From assembly GCA_965207445.1 (NCBI GenBank), contig CBDBLX010000002.1:2007849-2071848 (forward strand): DNA of 64,000 nucleotides, in the 5' to 3' direction. The notes under the pieces were generated by a model that did not search any database, was not told where the DNA came from, and was given only the letters and a program-made list of their open reading frames with translations. Positions 53,663 to 62,263 of this stretch are shown here, piece by piece. Source of the stretch: Nitrosopumilus sp. (GTDB taxonomy: Archaea > Thermoproteota > Nitrososphaeria > Nitrososphaerales > Nitrosopumilaceae). Every line of letters begins with the position of its first letter. Position 1 is the stretch's first letter. The translations under genes and the position numbers were made by a program.

Positions 53663-55331
53663 TAGTAATTTCATTAAAGATCCGATAGTTTTTACAGGCG
53701 ATTTCGGCTAGGCAGGCGGGTACGGAGTGGAAAAATAGACGTAATTGGCACTATGTGTAGCAGATACCGTGTGGTAGCCGGAAGAGAGACGAGGAATTGA
53801 GGTGTATATCCAGTGGCATGTATTAAGTAATTTTTGATCAATTGGTTGAATTAATTTGACCTCGAGTGTCAAAAGGCGATGTGGCCATTAGTGTTTGATG
53901 AAAAACGAAAAAATGGTACATCGACTAGTACTCGTCGATGCCATATTTAACGACTCTGCAGGTAGATCGTCTTGCGGCATCGACGAGGTGCGTATTTTTT
54001 GAAGACAGTCTATGTAGAAAGAGGGGACGGGTTCATGCCCGACGTGTCCCTGGAGGATCTAAAAGCCGCCTACCGCAAAGAGCCTCCGGGCAAGTCCCGG
54101 GACAGACTGCAGGCGGCAGTTGGACGAAAAAAGGGCAAGAGTGAGTCTGTAATAGCCGCCCAGCTCGGACGCAGCCAGAGCGTCATATCCGAGTGGCTCA
54201 ACAGGCTACAATCAGAGGGCTTGGAGGGCAGATATGACCGCAAGAGCCCCGGCAGGCCGTGCAGACTCACAAAAGAACAACAAGAACAGGCAAAGGCCGA
54301 TCTGAGTAAAGAGCCGATGCAGTGCGGCTTTGAGCGTGGGACATGGACTGCCGCCTTGTTTGCATTGCATCTGGCAAACATTTTTGACGTCCAGTACACG
54401 TGGACCGGGGCCCTGGCGCTAGCTCACAGGATGGGCTTTTCAATAAGAATGCCCAGGCCAATTCACCACAAGTCTGCCAGTCCATTAGAAGAAATGTATT
54501 ATGTACACGACACAATACGCGCCATCATGGCGCACGCCCGTGCCGGCTACGAGGTGTTCTGTATGGATGCCGCTGCAATCACAAACTCGCCGTATGTCGC
54601 GCGCGGACTACATCTCCGAGGAGGCTCTGAGACTGTAAATGTCAACTTTTCAAAAACAAGCATGAAAATGCTGGGTGCACTCGGGGCCGGTACATGCCAC
54701 CTGCACTTTTGCGACAGTGCGAATACTGTAAACGTCATAAAACTGTTGGAGATGCTCCGAGAAAAGTACGGCAAGGTATTTGTCATATGTGACAATGCAT
54801 CTGCGCACAAGTCCAAAGACATCAAGCAGTATCTGGAACAGGCAAGAGGACAAGTCGCACTATGGTACTTGCCGCCATACACTCCTCAACACAATCCCAT
54901 AGAGATCCAATGGCGTGAGATAAAGCGCGCATTGGCAGGCAGATACTACAAGGGTGGTTTTCCAGAGATTCAAAAGTCCATATTACACATGATGGAAAAA
55001 GGCGAGGTAGGTACAGTCAGACTGCTAGAGTACATGCGCAATGCCATACAAGACGCAAAGAACAACGTGTTAATACCAGAACTCCGGGCTGCATGAACTG
55101 CATATTACGCGAACTAGGTAGGTCCGGGCGAGGCTGTGCGACACACAGATCACACTATGATCAGGACGGCTGCGCACATACCCTTTACCACGTCGAAATA
55201 CATGGCTAGCATGCCCCATGTCCATGGGAAAATCATGGAGCATGTATGGATTACAACATGGGGCCTGGCTGATTTCCCAATATATGATTATAAGAATGTC
55301 TAAAAACTATCGGAACTTTAATGAAATCACT
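53663..55331 (+). mobile_element. IS630-family insertion sequence
   Basis: About 31-bp TIRs AGTAATTTCATTAAAGATCCGATAGTTTTTA / TAAAAACTATCGGAACTTTAATGAAATCACT; the terminal A is displaced to 56747 by the IS110. Confidence 0.9.
53972..55096 (+). CDS. IS630-family transposase
   Basis: HTH, SPGRP, WT, CMD, CDNASAHK, LPPYTPQHNPIEIQW; alternative start 54035. Confidence 0.93.
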   Translation: MRHRRGAYFLKTVYVERGDGFMPDVSLEDLKAAYRKEPPGKSRDRLQAAVGRKKGKSESVIAAQLGRSQSVISEWLNRLQSEGLEGRYDRKSPGRPCRLTKEQQEQAKADLSKEPMQCGFERGTWTAALFALHLANIFDVQYTWTGALALAHRMGFSIRMPRPIHHKSASPLEEMYYVHDTIRAIMAHARAGYEVFCMDAAAITNSPYVARGLHLRGGSETVNVNFSKTSMKMLGALGAGTCHLHFCDSANTVNVIKLLEMLREKYGKVFVICDNASAHKSKDIKQYLEQARGQVALWYLPPYTPQHNPIEIQWREIKRALAGRYYKGGFPEIQKSILHMMEKGEVGTVRLLEYMRNAIQDAKNNVLIPELRAA

Positions 55332-55464
55332 CCTATGATAACTCCCGAGCGTACGAGTCGTACCTTTCCGATATTTCATCCGTCTCATGACTACCAAGTA
55401 CAGAGTGTAGTTTATAGCTAACGCTAAGGGTTAATCTGTACATATGCATACGCGGCAGATGTGC

Positions 55465-56559
55465 TTATGCCTTGTTCTGTCGTCGTCTCTCCAGCTTGGC
55501 CAATTTGCGCTTGTACAGATCTTCGTTGCGTGACTCGTAGCTAGTATTGTTTTGGAGCATGTGCCACATGATGTTCATCATTTTATTCGCGACTACGACA
55601 ACTGCAAGCGCATGCTTGTCTGCATGTCGTTTGCGTGCTGCTTCGTATGCGGCTTTCATTCTCAGATCATGTCTGGCCGCCACACTGGCAGCCTCACACA
55701 TTATCCAATTTACAAGCCGGTCTGTGCCTGCCTTTTTTATCTTTCCAAGACGCATCTCATTACCTGATTGTCTTATTGTAGGACAGAGCCCCGCCCATGA
55801 GATCATTTGTTTGGGAGTCTCAAACCTCGATATATCCGATATCTCAACTGCCAATAGTATGGCCGCATACGTGCCAATACCTGTCATACTGACAAGCAGT
55901 TTTGCATACTCATTTTGAGCTGCTTCGGCATCCAACTGTTTGTCAGTTTCTACAAGCTCGCTTGTGTAGTGTTTGATTTGTCTTACACACTGCTTTAGTA
56001 CAAAGTTATCCTGTGCATCACCGAGATTGAGAGTGTCCAGATAGAATAGTGCCTTGTGAGAGTACATGTTGGCCGCATGTGCGGCCTTGCCATGGGCATC
56101 AAGCAGGTTGTGTATTTGGTTTATCACCTTGGTTCTTGCCTGTACCAGACGTACATGCTGCCTCACAAGATTCCTAATTGCACGTATGTGCTTTGATGGA
56201 ATGTAACACTCTGGAATGGAATTCATCCTGAGTATCTGTGCTATCTTTTCTGCATCTATCTTGTCAGTCTTTTTTCCAGTCTTGTTAATCAGTGCCATCT
56301 TGTACGAATTGGCAAGCTTGATCGGAATGCCAACATCTTCAAACGCATTAATTGTCGTAATCCACAGGTTAGCTGTGGTCTCGCATGCTGCAGTGCATTT
56401 TCCCATCTTACCATACTTGTCAAGTATGGCGCGTGCACATTGTCTTGCATCCTCTTGCGTGTTAAAGTATTGCCCACGGTCGAGTACCTTGCCCCTATTG
56501 TTAACTACACAATAGTCACACTTTTTCTTGCTAATGTCTATACCTATGCTTATCTTCAT
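55465..56559 (-). CDS. IS110-family DEDD recombinase
   Basis: GIDISK, CETT, KTDKIDA, TGIG, AGLCPTIRQSG (catalytic Ser). Confidence 0.95.
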   Translation of the reverse strand: MKISIGIDISKKKCDYCVVNNRGKVLDRGQYFNTQEDARQCARAILDKYGKMGKCTAACETTANLWITTINAFEDVGIPIKLANSYKMALINKTGKKTDKIDAEKIAQILRMNSIPECYIPSKHIRAIRNLVRQHVRLVQARTKVINQIHNLLDAHGKAAHAANMYSHKALFYLDTLNLGDAQDNFVLKQCVRQIKHYTSELVETDKQLDAEAAQNEYAKLLVSMTGIGTYAAILLAVEISDISRFETPKQMISWAGLCPTIRQSGNEMRLGKIKKAGTDRLVNWIMCEAASVAARHDLRMKAAYEAARKRHADKHALAVVVVANKMMNIMWHMLQNNTSYESRNEDLYKRKLAKLERRRQNKA

Positions 56560-56591
56560 CCTTTGCTATCACCTCCTGGTCGGATGTCTTT

Positions 56592-56712
56592 TGATGAAAC
56601 GGAAGCTGCATACTCCTATCAGGGCTCGCAGCCCAATCATACAGCAGCTCGGATTGCCCCAATCTATGCAAAGGGAGCATTGTCCCATAGTGATTCAGGG
56701 GTCGATTCATCA
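56592..56712 (-). ncRNA. Bridge RNA (target- and donor-binding loops) of the IS110; transcript ends approximate
   Basis: Two stem/internal-loop/stem modules within a 7-bp basal stem; loop sequences match the reconstructed target and the circle junction. Confidence 0.8.
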
Positions 56713-56901
56713 CTACTAGTACGTAGAGGGGGTTATCATGTATTCTATGCTGTAAACACAACGTTTCACCTGCGACATTTCAGGACTGGAGGATAAATTC
56801 CGGCAGGGTTGTAGGCGGTCGCTGCCAGCCACAGAAACGCTGACAAGAACCATGTCGGCCTTGTAATCTTTCACTAACTTCTCTAAGACACGCATTATTA
56901 A

Positions 56902-57564
56902 TTACTCACACTTCTTTCGAACAATAATTTCCCACTGACTCCATGTGCCGGTTTTTGGTAAAGTTCTTGAATGAACTCTTTCATTTATGGAAATAAGGTC
57001 AAACTCTTTTAACATTTTAATGAGACCGTTACGAGTGAAAAATGACAGCACAAGCCCACATTTTGGACCGGATTCGTACCGTATAGTAATCCCAAATTCT
57101 GTAGTAGATAAAATCGTATGTTCGTGATAAATGGTGGTATTTGATGAATTTATGCGCAAGAAGAATAACCCACCTTTGACAAGTAACTCCTTGACTTTGG
57201 TAAAATTTGCTCGTATTGAATCAAATGTGCCATGTTGAAACACTTGAATTGCAATAAGATAATCAAATGGCTTTTGAGCATTGTAGTGTTCAAATGCAGT
57301 ACATACTAAACGTCCTTCAAGACCAGGTTTCTTTACTAAAAGTTGATTTATGGCTACCATAGAGACATCTATTCCCGTTAAATTCAATCCGTCTTCATAA
57401 AGAGGTATAAAATTACGCCCGTTGCCACACCCCACATACAACCCACATCCACGAAGGGGGGCATATTTTTTGATGTCATAAATAAAATCCACAGATTTGT
57501 CCGACTCATACCTACCAAGTGTATACTCAGTATTCCACCGTTTGGTTAACAGTGGCGGCATCAT
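56902..57564 (-). CDS. Class I SAM-dependent methyltransferase
   Basis: YVGCGNGRN, GIDVS, LVKGGLF. Confidence 0.85.
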   Translation of the reverse strand: MMPPLLTKRWNTEYTLGRYESDKSVDFIYDIKKYAPLRGCGLYVGCGNGRNFIPLYEDGLNLTGIDVSMVAINQLLVKKPGLEGRLVCTAFEHYNAQKPFDYLIAIQVFQHGTFDSIRANFTKVKELLVKGGLFFLRINSSNTTIYHEHTILSTTEFGITIRYESGPKCGLVLSFFTRNGLIKMLKEFDLISINERVHSRTLPKTGTWSQWEIIVRKKCE

Positions 57565-57641
57565 ATAAATAAAATATCAAGTGAGGTATAAATAAATAAC
57601 TTTTTCTATGCAATATTTACCAATCTACTAGGAGTTAATAG

Positions 57642-58193
57642 GTTTCTCCTGCAAACGCGGTTGGTGGCAATTAATACAGATTTGAACCGTTGCGGTCAAT
57701 CCGGACACGTAACTAGTATTTTGTCGCCACGTATGATAAACTTCAAACCCTCTGGGTTACCAAGTTTGGCAAGAACCGGTTTTGGAATGTACGAGTAACT
57801 GGTACCCCTTTTCACATTGTGGGTTATGGATACTTGGAATTCAGTGGCATTGGCAGGCCATTTAGTCATGTTTGTTGTTGTCAATCCAACGTTATAACGT
57901 CACTGACACCAGATTGCACAGATTCTGCACATTACACATCATATATACAAACACTCTACATCTGTTTGTGTTTTGATGCCAAATCAAACTATCATTTTTG
58001 GCGTACAACTCAATTTCTTCAAGGTGAACCACCCTGTTTGTCTTTTTGATACCAACTCTAACTAATTCCTATTCCAAACTATCGTCACAGTCACGCAATA
58101 AAGTACTAAAAACTTACACTTTTTCAGCCTCAAATACCAAATTCAGATAAAAAGTTCATATAAACACCGATCAACCGCGTTTGCAAGATAATA
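57642..58193. mobile_element. Non-autonomous cassette with IS6-like ends, copy 2
   Basis: Near-duplicate of 42917-43476; TIR tips eroded. Confidence 0.75.
57696..57884 (-). CDS. AbrB/MazE-like small DNA-binding protein (cassette passenger)
   Basis: Protein identical to 42970-43158. Confidence 0.6.
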   Translation of the reverse strand: MTTTNMTKWPANATEFQVSITHNVKRGTSYSYIPKPVLAKLGNPEGLKFIIRGDKILVTCPD

Positions 58194-58554
58194 CACGATA
58201 ATATCCCTCGATATCGTATAATGATGAATCAACCCCTACTGGTTTTTGGGACACGATCCCTTGCAAGAGAAATCATTCGTATTTTGGAGCAAGAAATGGT
58301 ACCAAAGCATGAGATCTACTCCATCAAATTACAAGTGCATTACCTATGATATCTGTATTTTTGCACACACGTACCAAAGCATGTGATCCACTCCACCAAA
58401 TTACAAGAGTAAATCTAACAAATATCAAACACAACAAAAGATTAGTTACGTCACGGATCGTGTGATTTTTACTAAATATATTTTGAGTGTCACATAACAG
58501 AGATTATACCATGTGTGAAAACGGTTATTTAACTAGAAACTCTAGCACAGACAT

Positions 58555-59346
58555 ATGAGTAACTGGGACCTTATGATGCCCGGCATGGGATTGACATCCA
58601 TAGGCCTTGCAGGCCTTGTGATATCATATGCAGATATTGCACATACATTCATAGACGGCATGCATGCATTAACAGGACTCACCATGTTTGTAGGATTGAT
58701 ATTTCTTGCAACGGGCATACTTGATGGTGGAGTATCAACTAGTAACAGAGCAAAGGCTACGACACTAGTCATACTCTCAATTGCACTAGGGTTTGGAATG
58801 TATGCCATGGGTATGAATACATCAAACTACACAGTAACCATTGCCGGCATACTGATGGCAATTGCATTTCCCGCAATTATCATATCATACTTGGCAATGA
58901 AACATCCAGTATACTTGAAACCAGTCGGATCGATTGTGGCAATAGCTGGTGCTACTGGAATTATCATGTGGGTATCATTTGGATTTGTAAGTCCAGATGC
59001 ATATATCATACCACAAGAAGTTGTTGTAGAAGAGGTAGTAGAAGAAATCGGCCCTCAAGGACCAGTATATGACATTGCAATACTGTTAGGTTCTGACACA
59101 CCAGATAATCCCGATTATGACCCAGATATTGCAAATGTACCACTTGGGAATAGTATAGTATGGACTAATCAGGATGAAGTAGCACATACTGTCACGACCA
59201 TAGATGATCAAGGTGAGACCTTTGATTCAGGTCTGATGGCAAAAGGTGAGATCTTTATCGTAGAGACATCAGAGTTGGTCGTAGGTCAATATGATTATTA
59301 TTGTATAGTTCATCCATGGATGCAATCTAGCATAATAATAGAATAG
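58555..59346 (+). CDS. Multi-TM protein with C-terminal plastocyanin-like cupredoxin
   Basis: HTVT and YYCIVHPWM type-1 copper ligands. Confidence 0.9.
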   Translation: MSNWDLMMPGMGLTSIGLAGLVISYADIAHTFIDGMHALTGLTMFVGLIFLATGILDGGVSTSNRAKATTLVILSIALGFGMYAMGMNTSNYTVTIAGILMAIAFPAIIISYLAMKHPVYLKPVGSIVAIAGATGIIMWVSFGFVSPDAYIIPQEVVVEEVVEEIGPQGPVYDIAILLGSDTPDNPDYDPDIANVPLGNSIVWTNQDEVAHTVTTIDDQGETFDSGLMAKGEIFIVETSELVVGQYDYYCIVHPWMQSSIIIE

Positions 59347-59442
59347 ACGTGTAATTGATAAAAAAATAGATGTGGATTTTCGGGTTAAATAGTACAACAC
59401 ACATACGAATAATAAAAATAATCAAACATACAACTATACACA

Positions 59443-59871
59443 ATGCAGCAAAGCCACACAATCTCAATATCAAAAGAGAATCTCAGTATTTTAAGACAGC
59501 ATGCAATATCGGTAAAAAAATACGAATCTTGTGCGCTACTACTTGGAGAAAAAAATCACATCAAAAAAGTACTTTTAACAGAAAATTCAGATAGTATTCC
59601 TGAAAAATTTTTCACAATTCCATCTGATCAGTTAATACGAGGATATAAAATGGCAGAGACGCAGGGTTACGAGGTCATTGGCATATTCCACTCTCATCCA
59701 TCATCAAAAGCAATACCATCTAATACAGACATAAAATACATGTCCATAAATCCTGTTGTATGGATGATATACTCAGGTACTGATAATGAGTTTCGTGCAT
59801 ATGTAATCAAAGAAAACAGCACAAACGAATTAGAAAATGTCCACATTATAAGAGAAAAGTCAATAGAATAA
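59443..59871 (+). CDS. JAMM/MPN+ (M67) metalloprotease
   Basis: ESCALL, HSHPSSKAIPSNTD. Confidence 0.9.
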   Translation: MQQSHTISISKENLSILRQHAISVKKYESCALLLGEKNHIKKVLLTENSDSIPEKFFTIPSDQLIRGYKMAETQGYEVIGIFHSHPSSKAIPSNTDIKYMSINPVVWMIYSGTDNEFRAYVIKENSTNELENVHIIREKSIE

Positions 59872-60108
59872 ATTCTGTAACAGCAGCAACCTAACAAAAC
59901 TGTAATAGATTTATCAAAGGTTTAACAAACTTTTAACATTTTAAAATCATTATATTCATATAATTATATAATATTATAATTAAATAGATTAATCATCAAA
60001 CAAACAAGCAAGCAAGCAAGCAAGTAAATAAACAAACAGCAACACATCTTTAAACTAACATTGAATAACTATATTTTGAATTAAATAGGACATAATTACG
60101 ATAAAATT

Positions 60109-60366
60109 ATGGAAATCCACGTATATGACACATATGTCAAAGCATCAAACGGAAATACCATGCACTTTGATGTGATTACAGGAGAAAAGAACCACGACAA
60201 AGCTATCGAGTACGGTAAAGAGTGGCTCAAATCCATAGGAGAAGAAGGAGCTACAATGACTTCAAACGAATGTAGATTCTGTCACTCACAAAATGCCCCA
60301 GAACCAGTTGAGCAATCAATTAAAGAAAAGGGCTACTTTATACAAAAGATGGAAGGTTGTCCATAA
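60109..60366 (+). CDS. DUF2024-family protein
   Basis: VYDTYV, MHFDV, ECRFCHS. Confidence 0.8.
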   Translation: MEIHVYDTYVKASNGNTMHFDVITGEKNHDKAIEYGKEWLKSIGEEGATMTSNECRFCHSQNAPEPVEQSIKEKGYFIQKMEGCP

Positions 60367-61201
60367 ACGGATACCTTGCTATTTTTTCTCTAAATTATTT
60401 TTAAATCTAGTCAATGACAATACATCATATAATCTAGTATACATTAGCAAACTTGCTCAAATCATGCCCAGTGCATCTATCCAAAGTACATGCTACAGTT
60501 ATCTTGTAAATTTAGTTGTCATGTATTTATATAACCATATTATTAAATTTTGACAAGTAATATACCAAACAAACACACAATCTTTTCTAAAAACTAGACA
60601 AAAATCACAAGTCATTTTTTAATTCATTTATTCATGAATTTACCAGAGATGTAATTTTACAAAATGGGATTCTTGTAGTGATGAATGTCACGATACGATA
60701 TAGTGGGTAGCGTGTCTTTGCCCACCATGCAATAGTAGATATGACTGTATTTTGAACAAATGTGACAAACTTCTGTCTATCTCAAGGTGAGTCGGGTGAA
60801 TGTATGATATCAATTTTCACATATTTTACAGAATGTAATTGTTTTTTAGTAATCTAGGAGAAAAGTTATGATGTATGACGTGGTACTGTGAGCATTTAAT
60901 TGTCTGATTTGTGTCCCCCGCATAATTTTCAATTTGTACTTGAGCTCATCATTGAGTATTTTTTGTATGTTGTTTTAATTAAAGACATTTCAAAGACGCA
61001 CCTCTTGGCATGTGAGTGGAATCTGTGAGTCAAATTCATTTGTTGCAGGGACTGACTGCACATATAGTCAGGACGTCTTTTTATCCATAATTGACGCAAA
61101 GATACCTCACAAAGATAAAGGTAAAATCCATCTTTATTAGGGAGTATATAATTACGTACAAAAGCATTACATTTACTAGTTGACTGACACTATATGCAAT
61201 A

Positions 61202-62080
61202 ATGAGTAGATCTCACAAATACAAAGCTTATCCAGAATTTACAAACTTGGAAAAAATAGTTTGGAATGCTCTAAACACAATTGGTAAAACTATACCACAG
61301 ATCGAAAATGAAAGAAATCAGACGATAAAAACAAATCTTGATCATGGAGAAACAAAAAAGATGGCGATTTGGCACACAAAGTCAGAGATTGATAGATATG
61401 TGGAAAATACAATGAATTTGAGACTAAAAGACTATGGTACGAAAATGTCAGAGAATCCACTCTACAAGGCAATTGCAAATGAGATAGGAGTACTACGACG
61501 GAAAGGAATTCTAGTTGACTGGAGACACATAGAATCAAGAAATACAGGAATGGGTGTATGGCGGTTGAATAGAACCAAACTTACTAACCATGTGAACAAG
61601 AAAGCCATATTAGAAATGAGAATGAGAAACTATCGTGCAGAAGACTCAGAGTGTACAATATTTGTGCGACAAAAACAGAGTGCATTTAGAAAAGTGCTGC
61701 TAGAAAATTACGTAAAATGTGCATTATGTATGTTTAAAATTAAAGAGTATCTAATTGGGGCACACATAGTTCCATATTCTGTAATGCGCGTAGAAGATCC
61801 AAACAATGCCATGAATCCAACAAATGGATTGTTGCTGTGTAAATTTTGCGATGTGGCGTTTGAGCACGGATCAATCAAAGTATCAAAAAATTATGAGATC
61901 GATATAGTAGACTCATTACGTGACAATGAAACAAATATGATCAAAACATGGTTAGCATCTATCCCATCAGAATTATGTGCTAAAAATATAATCAATGATC
62001 CACCAGACCCAAAGTATCTTGAATGGAAGTCAAGATTACTAGAATCTGACAATTGTGTAAATAAGAATATTGCACAGTAG
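61202..62080 (+). CDS. HNH endonuclease with N-terminal winged-helix-like domain
   Basis: RQKQSAFRK, CALC, GAHIVPY, NGLLLCKFCDVAF. Confidence 0.82.
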   Translation: MSRSHKYKAYPEFTNLEKIVWNALNTIGKTIPQIENERNQTIKTNLDHGETKKMAIWHTKSEIDRYVENTMNLRLKDYGTKMSENPLYKAIANEIGVLRRKGILVDWRHIESRNTGMGVWRLNRTKLTNHVNKKAILEMRMRNYRAEDSECTIFVRQKQSAFRKVLLENYVKCALCMFKIKEYLIGAHIVPYSVMRVEDPNNAMNPTNGLLLCKFCDVAFEHGSIKVSKNYEIDIVDSLRDNETNMIKTWLASIPSELCAKNIINDPPDPKYLEWKSRLLESDNCVNKNIAQ

Positions 62081-62263
62081 ACACACAATCAATATGACTT
62101 TATCTTTTGCAGTTTCCCAAACAATAATTATATATTCATATTAACATCAACAATATAATTTTCATATTAGTATTAACTGTGATGTTCGTTATGCAACATC
62201 AAGTCTTTAGAATCGACATCGCTAAACAATCCATATGCATGTTAGTAAAAGATGTTACAATAA

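Larger units (their letters stand above)
55332..56746 (-). mobile_element. IS110-family insertion sequence
   Basis: Sub-terminal IRs ATGATAACTCCC (55335-55346) and GGGGGTTATCAT (56728-56739); CT core at 55330-55331 and 56745-56746. Confidence 0.88.
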
